A stretch of DNA of 64,000 bases from Octopus sinensis. Taxonomy: Eukaryota. This document shows, piece by piece, positions 26,584 to 42,283 of the stretch. The stretch is taken from NCBI RefSeq assembly GCF_006345805.1, contig NC_043007.1, positions 58,900,001-58,964,000 on the forward strand. The letters are read 5' to 3'. Made by a program: the position numbers and the translations under genes. Position 1 is the stretch's first letter. Each line of letters starts with the position of its first letter. Under the pieces are notes generated by a model. It saw nothing but the letters and a program-made list of their open reading frames with translations, searched no databases and was not told where the DNA came from.

Positions 26584-28020
26584 CAGTGGTACCTTGACTC
26601 ACAAGTGTCCCAACTAACAATTTTTTCGAGATATGAGCCATCTCTCAGCCGATTTTTTTTATTTGAGTTGCGAGCCAGCTTCAGATACCCCACTGCTAGT
26701 TGGCATAGTAAACACCACAGTGAATGCCATAACAACTAACTCAATAGGTAGACTGACATGCATGTTAGCAAGTGCAAAGATCATTAGTTGATCACTAGCT
26801 AGACAGACATGTGCGTTAGCAAGTGCGAAAATCACTAGTGGATCATTAGCTAGATGGGTGGTAAAATGCTTACTAAGCAGTTGCAGGATACAGAAGCATC
26901 AGTGTTGTGCTCGCAACTATTTTGTAAAACTTCATTTTCCCAACCATGAGTTCAAATAAAGTGAGTGTGAAGGACGGTGGTGAGAAGAAGCAGATGATGT
27001 GCATTGAATTAAAGAAAGAAATTATTGAAAAACATGACCAAGATTGACTTGGCAAAGCAGTACGAGCATAGTACTTCTATGATCTACACCATAATGAAGC
27101 AGACAGAGTCGATAAAGGCTATAATGCCAGCCAAGGGTATTAAAATATTTTCTAAATAGTGGTCATCTATCCATGAAAATATGGAGCTGTTGATAGAGAT
27201 ACCATGACTGAGGTTATAATCTGCAAGAAGGCATGAGCTATTTCCGCTGATTTGCTAGAGCAGACCCCAGGCACTTGTACGGATGAGAAATCAGGTGAGT
27301 TGTTCAAGTTTATAACGGTTCTCTATCTTCCACCTAACACCATCCCTATCCTGCAGCCCATGGACCAGCAGGTAATTTCTAATTTCTATAAGCTCTTCAC
27401 CAAGCACCTATTCTGCCGCTGCTTTGGGGTGATGGAGAGCACAAACCTTACCCTTCGATAGTTCTGGAAGGACAACTATAACATTGTGATATGTCTCAGA
27501 ATTATCGATATGGCGTAGCAAGGTGTTACAAAGAGAACCTTGACCTCTGCGTGGAAGAAGCTTGTGGCCTGAGGTTTGAAACGGACTTTCAAAGATTCAA
27601 ACCTGAAGCAGCAGTGGTGGAGGAGATTGTATCCCTCGGCAAGTCCATGGATGGTGATATCAACAAGCTCATCGAGGAGCACTCCAAGGAACAGACAATG
27701 GAGGAGTTAAAGGAGCTACAGACACAGTAGCACACGGAGGTTTTGCAGTAAATAAGTGACATGGAGGAGGTTATCTCTAAAGAGTGATAAGGGAAATGTT
27801 GGGAATGTGGGAGAATCTTTGACTTTCTTCGAAAGAAACATCCAGAAAAAGTTGCAACTGAGCATGTGATGGTACTATTTAATGACACTTGCCTAACTCA
27901 TTTCAGAAACATTATGAAAGGGAGGATGAAACAGACCTCATTGGACAGACTTTTATTGAAAACTCCTGCAGATGAAAGTGAGGAAAGCATGGCAAAAAGG
28001 GCAAAAATCAGTGAATAAGA
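26584..28020 (+). mobile_element. Decayed pogo/Tigger DNA transposon
   Basis: TA|CAGTGGTACCT terminus. N-terminal KKQMMCIELKKEIIEKHDQ is HTH-psq-like. LYLPPNTIPILQPMDQQVISNF is the DDE_1 motif. Many stops and frameshifts; right TIR not found. Confidence 0.9.
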
Positions 28021-29829
28021 TTCAGTTATTCAGTTCAACCTTTCTTCTCTACCTCCATCAGTATCTTCAAGTTGTTTTAAAATCTGAAAACCTTTTGCCA
28101 GCCTTTGACATGATTCACAAATATTATCTGTGGATACATTAACATCAGTTGTAAAATGACAAAGCTCCAACTTGTAAAAGAGAATAAGTTAATTTGCAAA
28201 AAATGAGGAAAAAAAAATTGAAGGAAAAGGTTAATGAGGAGGGACTGAAAAGTCTGAACAATCAAGAGAGTAGAATATACAGAACCAAGTATGGTTGTAG
28301 TCTTTGTCTAGCCTGTCTGTTATAAAACATACTTGAATATCTGACCAGGTACACAATTGTTAGCATAGCAATGTTCTGAGACTTAAATCAAAAGATGCTC
28401 ACTGTAGAGTAATCCAGTAATGTGGGATGACCCCTAACAATGAGCAGGCTGCTCCATTTAAAAAATTGTAGAGATCTTAAGCCTACATTAATCTCTTCAA
28501 CTTAATAACTTGAATATTTCCTGCACCTTCTATTCTCTCTTTGTGTAATTTCTTTTTAAACAATATGCTTGTGAGTTCAAACCTTGCCCACATTCAATTT
28601 ATATACCACCAAAGGTGGAACAAATGCAAGGCCACTAGTCCAACGATAAACTAGTAAGAGAACAGTATAACTACTTTGAAAAACAAATGAGGTTTATATG
28701 AAAACATCCAATTCATTTTAGATTTGTTAAACAAGGGATCTACAGATAAATTAGGTAAAGTATACTCAAAATGGAAGTGAGCTCATTTACCACAACTAGA
28801 ATAAGAGTTAACTGATTAAACATTTTTAAATTAACAATTATCTTTGACCTCAGTGCCATAATATCAAACAGTTCCAGAGATTATTCCAGTGTGCCTGCAT
28901 TACAGATAAACCAGTCATTCTTTACGTCAGGATTAGTAGTTTTGTAACAGTTTGATGTATACTTGGTAGTGTGACATCAAACTCACTCACAATTATGTTC
29001 AACACATTCTCCCAGTTATATCTAATCCATTGTAATTCATTTATATTTCAATGTTATATAACATTTCTCCATAAAGCAACTTTCATAGAGAAATTCTTGT
29101 ATAATAAATAACAGTTTGTAACAGAGGGATTGATGGCATTATTTCAAGCACTATTGAGAGAGAATGTGTGCGAGTCCATCCTTGTCTTGATATTATATGA
29201 TTGTAGTACACAAGAACCACTGTTTGTTTCCAGTCTTCTGTGAAAAGTAACTGGCATGGAAATAGATGAGGGCTGGTGAAAGAAAGGGCATCCGGGCATT
29301 GAAAAATCTACCTCAACAAATCTTGTTCAATCCATACAAGCAAGGAAAAGTGAACATTAAAGTGATGGCAATGATTAAAGATCCTATGGATACACATTAC
29401 TCAGCTTTGTAGATTAATGTGAAACTGAGAACTGGAGACAGATCTTTGGTAAAGACTGGCTGAAATTTAAATTCACAGCATCAACTGTCGCCTACAAGTT
29501 GTTTGCAATATAACACAAATAGTCAAATAGTTTTAGTTTTCCTTATTGTTCACTTGACTATAACATGAGAAATTTAAAAATAGAAATTCCTCTTAAAGAA
29601 GGGATGTATATATGACTGCAGTGAAGTGTGCTTATATTTGCTAAATGTCTAAACATGCTTAACCCTAAATCAGTCAAATGTAACACCAAGGATGTAATCA
29701 AATGTGACAAAGTATCGAGTATCATTTGTTAAAACAGTTCAATAGAGTCAATGGGTGAGACGCCCTGATCCTTCAAAATCATCTGTTCCACTTAACCTTT
29801 CTTGCTAAGAAGATGCATAGGAACAATAT

Positions 29830-30043
29830 TGGTTTCAAATTTTGGAACAAGGCCAGCAATTTTGGGGGATGGGGGTAAATCAATTACATCAACCCCAGTG
29901 CTCAACTTGTACTTATTTTATCAACCCTGAAAGGATGAAAGGCAAAGCTGACCTTGGCAGAATTTGAACTCAGAATATAAGGAAGAATGAAATGCCACTA
30001 AGCATTTTGCCCAGCATGCTGGTGATTCTGCCAGCTTGCCACC
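29830..30043 (-). mobile_element. SINE family B, CpG-decayed
   Basis: Aligns with 49055-49262, but most CpGs are converted to TG/CA. Confidence 0.85.
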
Positions 30044-30187
30044 TAAGAAATATTAGAAATTATGTGTCTACAAATAGCACATGGAGTCACAAAATTTGAC
30101 CTCAATTTGACATGTTAATCTTTGTACTAGTCAAGATAATCAGCAGCTGTAGAACTACAGCATAAAAGATTTACAGCACCAATAGTA

Positions 30188-30467
30188 TCTTACTTATTTC
30201 AGTCATTAGACTGTGGCCATGCTAGGGCACTGCCTTGAATTTTTTTTAGGCCTTGTCCCTTTTGCCAAACCACTAAGTTATGTAGACATAAACACATCAA
30301 TACCAGTTGTCAAGCAGCAGAGGAAGGAGAGTCCAGCTAGCAAATCCACTCACAAGGCTTTGGTCAGTCTGAGCTATAGCAGAAGACACTTGGCCAAGGT
30401 GCCATGCGGTGGGACTAAACTCAGAATTATATGGTTGTAAAGCAAACCTCTTACCAATCACACCTAC
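30188..30467 (-). mobile_element. SINE family A, internally deleted
   Basis: TTCAGTCATTAGACTGTGGCCATGC tail and AAATCCACTCACAAGGCTTTGGTCAG body. Confidence 0.8.
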
Positions 30468-31769
30468 ATCTATATATAAAATGGTTGAAAATATGTTCAA
30501 AAGATGTTTTTAATAAACAACCTTTCCTGGCAAAAGAAAAAGACTGAACCAGATTCAAGGTGGCGCTAAACTGTTTGATACTGGAAATTAGTATTGTCTT
30601 ATTGACAAGGTGTTTACAGGAAATTAATTCAATTCCAACACTGCAGTTGAAAGTCTAAGATACTGCCTCCACTAATAACACCAAACGTAACTTATTAACA
30701 CATAAAACATTTTTTCTCAAGCCAACAAGGTTTCTACAAGGTCACTGCCTGCTAGATATAGCAGTCAATCCTCTCAAAACACTATTGTATTTACAAAAAA
30801 AAAGCAATACTACTGGGGGTTAAACAACAGATTCTTTCTCCACTAAAAATATGGGCTCTAAACCAAAGGATAATGTAAGTTTATAGATATACATCTATAA
30901 AACATCTTTTTCTTAAACTTACATTATCCCTTAGTTTGAAAGAGTGGTAGGATTATAGACAACTGAAAAAGTATTTACATATTCAGTGTTCAAACCCAGC
31001 TCAATTTAATAAAACAAATACTTTATCCAACAGGAATTAATAGACATTGTTAGCAAGTGTGTGTGTAGTACAAGGATATCTAAACACTCAGCTTTCAGAA
31101 ATTTAGATATAATAAATATCAGAAGACAGAAATCTATTATTTTAAACTTTGAACATCTGAATACAAAAGCAACTGAAAATTCATATCTTATTATTTTTAA
31201 TAGTTTCACTTATAGGGTTGTGGCCATGGTGGACCATCACTTTGAAGAGTTTTAGTCAAACAAATGGACCCAATCTGGTACTTATTCTATCAGTCTCTTT
31301 TACCAGACCACTACATTACATGGATATAAACAAGCCAACACCAGTTGTCAAGCAGTGTGAAGAGGACAGACATATTTTTTCAGTTTTGATATTTCAAAAA
31401 TGATAAAATGGATATTTTCACATTGCTGTCTTGGCAGATATAAGTCAAAGGCAGAACCTGCAAGTCCCAGAATCAGAGTTCTGGAGATGTCAACTGCAGA
31501 TACTAAACATACTTTGTAGACTTAAATAACATGTGTACATAGCAGTAACTTGAGAAATTTGACAGAAACTCAAAGTAACACAGACTACATTTGGTAAGCA
31601 AGGAATTACTGCAAATTTAGTAACTTAGCAAAACTTGACGAAGAAGTTACTGAGGAGGATTACTATTAGAATTTTGTTAAACTCCCAGAAACTCAAAATA
31701 TTCTCTCTCTCTCTCTCTCTCTCATGTACACATACACCATAAAGCAAAGAAGAATTTTACTGGTTAGTA

Positions 31770-32170
31770 TTGATTGGCACAAATATGGATGTAGACAGTT
31801 GCATACAGAAGTGCTGATCACTTCAAGTGGATGAACTTGTGGAAGAGGGAGACCAAGAAAGACATGGGATGAAGTATTGAGGGCGAATCTCAAGATACTG
31901 AGCCTTATGAAGGAGGTGACTAAGGACCAAGATATCTGGTGCATTACTGTATTCAAAAGACCCATCCACCACCGCAGAATTGATACTGGTGCCATATATA
32001 TATATAAAAAAAAAACACCTAGTACACTCTGTGGAGTGGTTGGCATTAAGGGCATCCAGTCATAGAAACAGAACAGACAATGGAGCCTGGTGTGGCTCTT
32101 AGCTATACCAGCTCTAGTCAAATTGTTCAACCCAGGCCAGCATGGAAAACATATGTTAAATGATAATGAC
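31770..32170 (+). mobile_element. RTE LINE 3' fragment
   Basis: Encodes CGRGRPRKTWDEVLRANLKILSLMKEVTKDQDIW (RTE C-terminus), then tail ending TTAAATGATAATGA. Confidence 0.85.
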
Positions 32171-33266
32171 TTCTATAGAGCAGAAAAAAATAAGAGATCA
32201 TCCTAATCTTTTCTATGGAAGACAATTATACATCAACTGTAGGGTACACAAGAATTTAATACTATTTCAGAGCATCTTTTTAGTTCACCTAGAACAAACC
32301 TAAAGTAAATGGTCATTCCTTGTTTGGTTATTAAGTGTACATGTATGCTATATTCTTAAATTTTGTTTCTAATAAAGCAGACAGCTCCTAGGAAAGAAAG
32401 TTGCTTTATTCAGATTTACATAATTGAATCTTTTATTTTACTATGCCTGTGTCTTTGTGTGTAACATGTTTGTGAGTAGAATGTGCATTTTAACTCTTTC
32501 ACATTTAAACTGGCTATAATATCAAACATGATGAAACTGGCCAGATGTGGCCTTTCACACCAATCCCACAATATCATTCTAAAACTTAACAGTTACTTCA
32601 CCAAAATTTCATAGCTACAAAATAATGCATGATTAATTCAAAACAATGTGAATAAATAAGCATTACTTTTGACAATAATGTAAATGCTAAAGTTTTCGTT
32701 GGTCTTCAATTAGGAATAATTTTCAAAAAACTTCACATTTGCAATCCATTTCCACAACTGTCAAGCCCCTAGCACAAAATATGGAGAATATTGAACACAC
32801 TACAAGGTGAATTGGCAGAGTCATTATAACATTGGACAGAATGCTTCATAGGATTTGTTGCAACAAATCAGAGTTCAAATCCTGGTATGGTTAATTTTAC
32901 CTTTTAATTCTTTCAGCGGTCAAGAAAAAACAACAAAAGTATCAATCCAGAGAAGTGAAATGGAACAACTGTGGTATTTATTCTGGCTTTTGTATTCTGA
33001 GTACTCAAATCTCACCTTGATCTGATTGGGTGGTAGATTTAATCCATTGCCTGGTTTAACATCACCAGGGTGCTTCTAGCACCATTCATATTAGGTCTGG
33101 TTTGAGACCATGAAAAGGATTGTGGGTAATGCTCAAACCTGATTAAATGATTAAAATAAAAAATTCAAAGACTGTGAGCTTATGTATGTATATGCACACA
33201 CACTTTCAAATTGACCTTTTTTAGCGCAGAGACTATGATGCCCAAAGAGTTGATATATGATATATA

Positions 33267-33620
33267 GGCACAGATGTGGCTGTGTGGTCAGAAGCTTGCT
33301 TCCCAACCTCATAGTTCTGGGTTCAGTCTCACTGTATGGCACCTTGGGTATCTCCTATAGTCTCAGGCCAACCAAAGCCTTATAAATGAATTTAGTAGAT
33401 GGAAACTAAAGCGTGTGTGTGTGATGCACATGTTTTTGTTCCTAACACCGCTTGACAACCAGTGTCTTTATGTCCCTGTAACTTAGCAGTTCAAGAAAAA
33501 AGACCAACAGAAATAAGTACCAGGCTTAACAAAAAGTACTGAGGCTGATTCATTGGACTGAAAAATTCAAGGTGGTGCTCCAGTATGGCCACTATCTAAT
33601 GACAAACAAGTAAAAGATAA
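33267..33620 (+). mobile_element. SINE family A, decayed
   Basis: GGCACAGATGTGGCTGTGTGG head and GGTGGTGCTCCAGTATGGCCAC..AAACAAGTAAAAG tail. Confidence 0.85.
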
Positions 33621-34244
33621 AACATACATATATCTTTTACATTATGATTGATATGCACATTTTAAAGCAATCAGTCATCATCTATCCAAGAAAACTTTTA
33701 TTACATAAAAAAACAAAAACAATCCTCTCAATAATATCTGGCCTTGATCAATAAATGCAACCCAATAACTGACTGACTATGGAGACAGGTTAAAGCTTAA
33801 CTGTATTTAATGATTCAGATAACACTGATGATGTTGATGTGCAGAAAAGTATTTTAAATAAGTCAATTCAAGACCTACATTTAAAAGCCATAAATAACAG
33901 AAAATTGGCCTCAAATAAATCTGTATTTTAAACTTCCAAACTGATGTAGAAATCACTATGGAGTTTATTTTTCTCCCTTTTTGTTTCAAAATAAGATTCA
34001 GTTTCAATTTATAAAAAATTTCCTGAACCTATATTGTTTTACCAAGTATTCTATTCTAAACACAAAAAAGTACAAATATCAAAGGGAAAAAAAAAATTCA
34101 GTCTCATCTGTGCCGTAATTTTTTCCCTGTATATATTTTTACTGAGAAATTCCAACCACTGTATTTATAAGCTATTTGAAATTATTGGTCTTGGAAAGGA
34201 AAATCTATTATTTATGAATGTAGTGGCTTGGCAGGCAGCAACCT

Positions 34245-34277
34245 AGACAGAGAGAACGAAGAGATAAAGAACGAAAT

Positions 34278-34335
<58 letters not shown>

Positions 34336-34450
34336 ACGAAATTAGAGAGAGAGAACGAAATTACAGAGAAAAAGAGAGAACGAAGAGAGAATGGAGAGAG
34401 AAAATGAAGAGAACGAGAGGAGGAGAATGAAAATAGAGAGAGGGAGAAGA
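34245..34450. repeat. (GA)n / GAGAACGAA purine-rich repeat
   Basis: Pure (GA)n plus repeated AGAACGAA(ATTA). Confidence 0.9.
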
Positions 34451-35279
34451 ATAAAATGCAGGTATTAATAATGCTGCTCCGAGTCGACCACTGTCAGTGG
34501 AAGAAACATGACAAGTTCTCAAGACAGCTGTCAAGGACTGAGACTTGCATTATTAGCAGGAGGCCAGTCCAGGCGGTGTGAATAACTAGCATAAAGACAT
34601 AGCGATATCAGGGTGGAAATATAAATGAAGAAGGGAGATCGAAAGAAACAAAGTACGTAATATAATCAGATGGAAAAGAGTAATATACAGCAACTACCTT
34701 CAGAAAGAGAGGGAGGAATAGGGTGGGAGTTAGAAGAAGAGCGAGATGAATGTGTACGATAATTATTATTATTCTTTATTTTTTAAGGCACAGGACTTCG
34801 GTATTCAGAGAAGAAAGCAAAATGAGATTGTGTGACAATCATGTTTTTAATAACAGGTACGTTGACTCAGCACCGAAAGGACATCAGTGTCAAAAATACA
34901 TTTTTAGACAGACGCGTGCGCACGCACACATGTTTTAAATGATGACCGCGATGGGGTGGGAGAAATAAAGGTTACTATGTAGTTTAACTGCGAGAATTGA
35001 AAACCGAAAACGAAAGCGTATCCTCTTCATTTCAAATAGTTACAAACATTAAAAATATTAGTATAAAAACAAATTTAGATAGATTAGCTGTTTACTGGGT
35101 CGAAAGATATAAGTTGACATATATACACACAAAAATGTTACTTTCTTTCAATTTCCGCAGTTCAAATTATAATATAACCCAAATAAATCTAAAATAAACA
35201 CCATCTTAAAGTAGAATGAATTTGGTTTTTCTTTTTTCTTTTTTAAAGTTACAATCAGATATGAAGAGAAATGAAGTTG

Positions 35280-35600
35280 ACGGCATTCATTACTTTACCG
35301 AAACGGAAATACTGGAAGTCAACGAAATGGGGAGTCTGTTTCAACACTAGAGTTCACAATAACAATAATGCTACGATTACAGAGATTAAAAAGAAAAGAC
35401 AAAAAAGAAATGTCTCCGTACAAGATAACCGATGCCACTAACCGTTTTTAAATAACCAACAACTGGTCAGACATTTTGGCAGCAAATCTTCGGTGTGACA
35501 CAGAACCAGCAACCATGGTAATAGGAAGTGGTGAGTTGTTAGAGCATATAAGGCGAGAAGGAGAGAGTATTACTTGATACTCCTGGTCTGTGTGTGTGTT
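35280..35600 (-). promoter_or_regulatory. Candidate internal promoter / alternative first exon within intron 2
   Basis: CpG-retaining unique sequence with several GGAAGT/CGGAAA motifs. Minus-strand donors AAAACG|GTTAGT (exon end 35443) and TTTCG|GTAAAG (35299). Confidence 0.4.
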
Positions 35601-36869
35601 TGGTATAATGTGGAACAATAAATATTCCTATGCACTGAGCTACCTTCATTAACATCGGTTGATGTTTTCCCCTTAAAACGCTTAATTAAACACCGCCTAA
35701 TGTTTGTAAGATTAATTTGAATAAAACGTTTCCCGTCTATCTTTTAAAATGTATTTTAGATGTTTTATATATATATATATATATATATGAGGGAGAGAGA
35801 GAGGACAAGTTCTTTTTAAACATGTCGAGAGAAAAAAAATCATTCATAAGATTTTTACTCACAAAAGACAAAAATATCAACACTGACCTCACTAAACATT
35901 CTAAATTCGTTACGGAAAGATGTGGGCGAAATATGACACAGTTTTCCATTCACATAAGCACTCAAGCCGGTTTTTACACACACACACACACATTACAATA
36001 TTGTATGTATAATTATAAATACAACTATTATACATATGTATATTACACATACATCACGTAATATATATTGTATGTAACAGATAATATATAAAATAAAAAT
36101 GTCACTCCATATGATTTACATGAGTTTTATATATATATATATATGTGTGTGTGTATACGAGATAAACAATATATATGTGTATATATATATAACATATATA
36201 AGAAGTTACATATTATATACCATATACACATCAATACATACAGAATATCTTATATTCATATAATGAACTATAAGTGAACAACCAACTAATGCCAGCATGC
36301 AAAGCAGACATTAAACGATGATGATGATGATACATGCACACAAACTGTGGTTTCCCAACCATGGGGTTTTGGGTTCAGTTCTACAGTGCCCTCTACTATA
36401 GCTCTGAGCTGACCAGTCTTACTTGAGGGTTTAGTATACAGAAACTGCACGTGTACATGTGTGTAGATATGAATATGTGTGTGTGTATGTGTGTACACGC
36501 ATGCCTGCGTGCACATATGTGAAGGCCCGTGTCTTGACATCATATAGTTGTAAACGACTATCACCACCTTTTAAGCAGTATCATTTATTTCCAATATTCT
36601 TGGGAAAATATGTTGCTAGGTAACTGTTGAGGGTTGGTGACGGGAAGGACATCTGTCTATAGAATATCTACCTGAACAAATACTGGCCAACCCAAGCAAA
36701 TGTAGAAAAATGGATGCTGAAATGATGATGACCACCACCACATACACACAAAACATATCATGCATAATAGAAAATACCACATTTATTACACATATGTATA
36801 CGTCAACAGTTTTTTTTTATATATATAATATGTATATATCATAAGTTATTATTTTTTATACATATGAAG

Positions 36870-37150
36870 TTGAATGGCTCATTGGTTAGAGTGTCAGGCT
36901 CACAATCATGAGGTAGTAAGTTTCATTTCTGAACCAGGCTCTTTGTTGTGTTCTTGAGCAAAACACTTTATTTCACATTACTCCAGACCACTAATCTGTA
37001 GAAATGAGTTGCAATGTCACTGGTATCGAGCTGTATTGACCTTAGCCTTTCCCTCGGATAATATTGGTGGGATGGAAAGAGGAACCTAGTATGCATGGGT
37101 GACTGTTGGTCTTCCATAAACAGCATAGCCCAAACTTGTGCATGGAATTT
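36870..37150 (+). mobile_element. SINE family C, decayed
   Basis: TGGCTCATTGGTTAGAGTG head, homologous to 42284-42512. Confidence 0.8.
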
Positions 37151-37234
37151 TCTTAGGAGTCTTTACTAATTGACATATACTTATTTGTCAAAATTATTAA
37201 TTTTATATATACATATATACACACGCACATATAT

Positions 37235-40200
37235 ATATATATACATATATACACAAATATATATGAACATTATATATATACACAAATATATATGAACATT
37301 ATATATACACACAAATATATATGAACATTATATATACACACAAATATATATGAACATTATATATATATATATATATACACAAATATATATGAACATTATA
37401 TATATATATATATACACAAATATATATGAACATTATATATATATATATATACACAAATATATATGAACATTATATATATATACATAAATATATATGAACA
37501 TTATATATATATACATAAATATATATGAACATTATATATACAAATAAATATATATGAACATTATATATACAAATAAATATATATGAACATTATATATACA
37601 AATAAATATATATGAACATTATATATACAAATAAATATATATGAACATTATATATACAAATAAATATATATGAACATTATACATACAAATAAATATATAT
37701 GAACATTATACATACAAATAAATATATATGAACATTATATATATATACATACAAATAAATATATATGAACATTATATATATATACAAATAAATATATATG
37801 AACATTATATATATATACATATAAATATATATGAACATTATATATATATATACATAAATATATATGAACATTATATATATTACATAAATATATATGAACA
37901 TTATATATATTACATAAATATATATGAACATTATATATATTACATAAATATATATGAACATTATATATATTACATATAAATATATATGAACATTATATAT
38001 ATATACATATAAATATATATGAACATTATATATATATACATATAAATATATATGAACATTATATATATATACATATAAATATATATGAACATTATATATA
38101 TACATATAAATATATATGAACATTATATATATACATATAAATATATATATTACATATATATTATATATATATACATATAAATATATATGAACATTATATA
38201 TATACATATAAATATATATGAACATTATATATATACATATAAATATATATGAACATTATATACATACAAATAAATATATATGAACATTATATACATACAA
38301 ATAAATATATATGAACATTATATATATATACATACAAATAAATATATATGAACATTATATATATATACAAATAAATATATATGAACATTATATATATATA
38401 CATATAAATATATATGAACATTATATATATATACATAAATATATATGAACATTATATATATTACATAAATATATATGAACATTATATATATTACATATAA
38501 ATATATATGAACATTATATATATGAACATTATATATATTAATTAAATATATATGAACATATATATATATACATATAATATATATGAACATTATATATATA
38601 TACATATAAATATATATGAACATTATTATATATATATAAATATATGAACATTATATATATATACATATAAATATATATGAACATATATATATACATATAA
38701 ATATATATGAACATTATATATATATAACATATAATATATATGAACATATAATATATACATATAATATATATGAACATTATATATATATATACATATAAAT
38801 ATATATGAACATTATATATATATATACATATAAATATATATGAACATTATATATATATATAAATATATATGAACATTATATATATATATAAATATATATG
38901 AACATTATATATATATACATATAAATATATATGAACATTATATATATATATACATATAAATATATGAACATTATATATATATACATATAAATATATATGA
39001 ACATTATATATATATATATATATAAATATATATGAACATTAATATATATGCATTAAATATATATGAACATTATATATATATATATATACACAAATATATA
39101 TGAACATTATATATATATACATAAATATATATGAACATTATATATACAAATAAATATATATGAACATTATATATACAAATAAATATATATGAACATTATA
39201 TATACAAATAAATATATATGAACATTATATATACAAATAAATATATATGAACATTATATATACAAATAAATATATATGAACATTATATATACAAATAAAT
39301 ATATATGAAAATTTATACATACAAATAAATATATATGAACATTATACATACAAATAAATATATATGAACATTATACTACACTAAATATATATGAACATTA
39401 TATATATATACAAATAAATATATATGAACATTATATATATATACACATAAATATATATGAACATTATATATATATACATAAATATATATGAACATTATAT
39501 ATATTACATAAATATATATGAACATTATATATATTACATAAATATATATGAACATTATATATATTAAATATATATGAACATTATATTATTACATATATAT
39601 ATGAACATTATATATATTACATATAAATATATATGAACATTATATATATATACATATAAATATATATGAACATTATATATATATACATATAAATATATAT
39701 GAACATTATATATATATACATATAAATATATATGAACATTATATATATACATATAAATATATATGAACATTATATATATACATATAAATATATATGAACA
39801 TTATATATATACATATAAATATATATGAACATTATATATATACATATAAATATATATGAACATTATATATATACATATAAATATATATGAACATTATATA
39901 CATACAAATAAATATATATGAACATTATATACATACAAATAAATATATATGAACATTATATATATATACATACAAATATATATGAACATTATATATATTA
40001 CAAATAAATATATATGAACATTATATATATATACATATAAATATATATGAACATTATTATATTACATAAATATATATGAACATTATATATATTAAATAAA
40101 TATATTGACATATATATATACATATAAATATATGAACATTATATATATGAACATATATATATACATATAAATATATATGAACATTATATATATATACATA

Positions 40201-41515
40201 TAAATATATATGAACATTATATATATATACAATAAATATATATGAACATTATATATATTACATATAAATATATATGAACATTATATATATATACATATAA
40301 ATATATATGAACATTATATATATATACATATAAATATATATGAACATTATATATATATATACATATAAATATATATGAACATTATATATATATACATATA
40401 AATATATATGAACATTATATATATATACATATAAATATATATGAACATTATATATATACATATAAATATATATGAACATTATATATATATACATATAAAT
40501 ATATATGAACATTATATATATATACATATAAATATATATGAACATTATATATATATACATATAAATATATATGAACATTATATATATATACATATAAATA
40601 TATATGAACATTATATATATATACATATAAATATATATGAACATTATATATATATACATATAAATATATATGAACATTATATATATATACATATAAATAT
40701 ATATGAACATTATATATATACATATAAATATATATATGAACATTATATATATACATATAATATATATATGAACATTATATATATACATATAAATATATAT
40801 ATATGAACATTATATATATACATATAAATATATATATATGAACATTATATATATATACATATACATGTGAACATTATATATATATACATATACATGTGAA
40901 CATTATATATATATACATATACATGTGAACATTATATATATATACATATACATGTGAACATTATATATATATACATATACATGTGAACATTATATATATA
41001 TACATATACATGTGAACATTATATATATATACATATACATGTGAACATTATATATATATACATATACATGTGAACATTATATATATATACATATACATGT
41101 GAACATTATATATATATACATATACATGTGAACATTATATATATATACATATACATGTGAACATTATATATATATACATATACATGTGAACATTATATAT
41201 ATACATATACATGTGAACATTATATATATACATATACATGTGAACATTATATATATACACACATATATGTGAACATTATATATATACACACATATATGTG
41301 AACATTATATATATACACATATATATATGAACATTATATATATATATACATATATATATGAACATTATATATATATATACATATATATATGAACATATAT
41401 ATATATATAACATATATATATGAACTTATAATATATATATATATATGAACATTATATATTATATATATATATATATATGAACATTATATATATATATATA
41501 TATATATATATGAAC

Positions 41516-41548
<33 letters not shown>

Positions 41549-41910
41549 CATTATTATATATATATATATATAAACATTATATATATATATATATATAAAC
41601 ATTATATATATATATATATATATAAACATTATATATATTATATATATATATATAAACATTATATATATATATATATAATAAACATTATATATATATATAT
41701 ATATATATAAACATTATATATATATATATATATATAACATTATATATATATATATATATATAAACATTATATATATATATATATAAACATTATATATTAT
41801 ATATATATAACATATATATATATATATATAAACATTATATATATATATATATAAACATTATATATATATATATATATAAAACATTATATATATATATATA
41901 TGTATTATAT

Positions 41911-41946
<36 letters not shown>

Positions 41947-41984
41947 TATTATAATATATATATGAACAATATATATATAAACAT

Positions 41985-42024
<40 letters not shown>

Positions 42025-42283
42025 TATATATGAACAATATATATATAACATATATATATATATGAACATTATATATATATACATATAAATATATATGAAC
42101 ATTATATATATATACATATAATATATATGAACATTATATATATATACATATAAATATATATGAACATTATATTTAATATACATATATATATATATATATA
42201 TATGAACATTATATTTATATATACATATATATATATGAACATTATATTTATATATACATATATATATATATGAACATTATATA
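37235..42283. repeat. ~5-kb AT-rich minisatellite, unit ~26-32 bp: TGAACATT(AT)nAC[ATAT/AAAT]AAATATATA
   Basis: Well over 100 copies of TGAACATT separated by variable (AT)n, with blocks of variant units. Confidence 0.97.

Noticed and set aside
35515-35536. Plus-strand ATGGTAATAGGAAGTG|GTGAGT as first exon of an antisense gene
   Set aside because: No downstream plus-strand coding exon was found; short motifs like this arise by chance.
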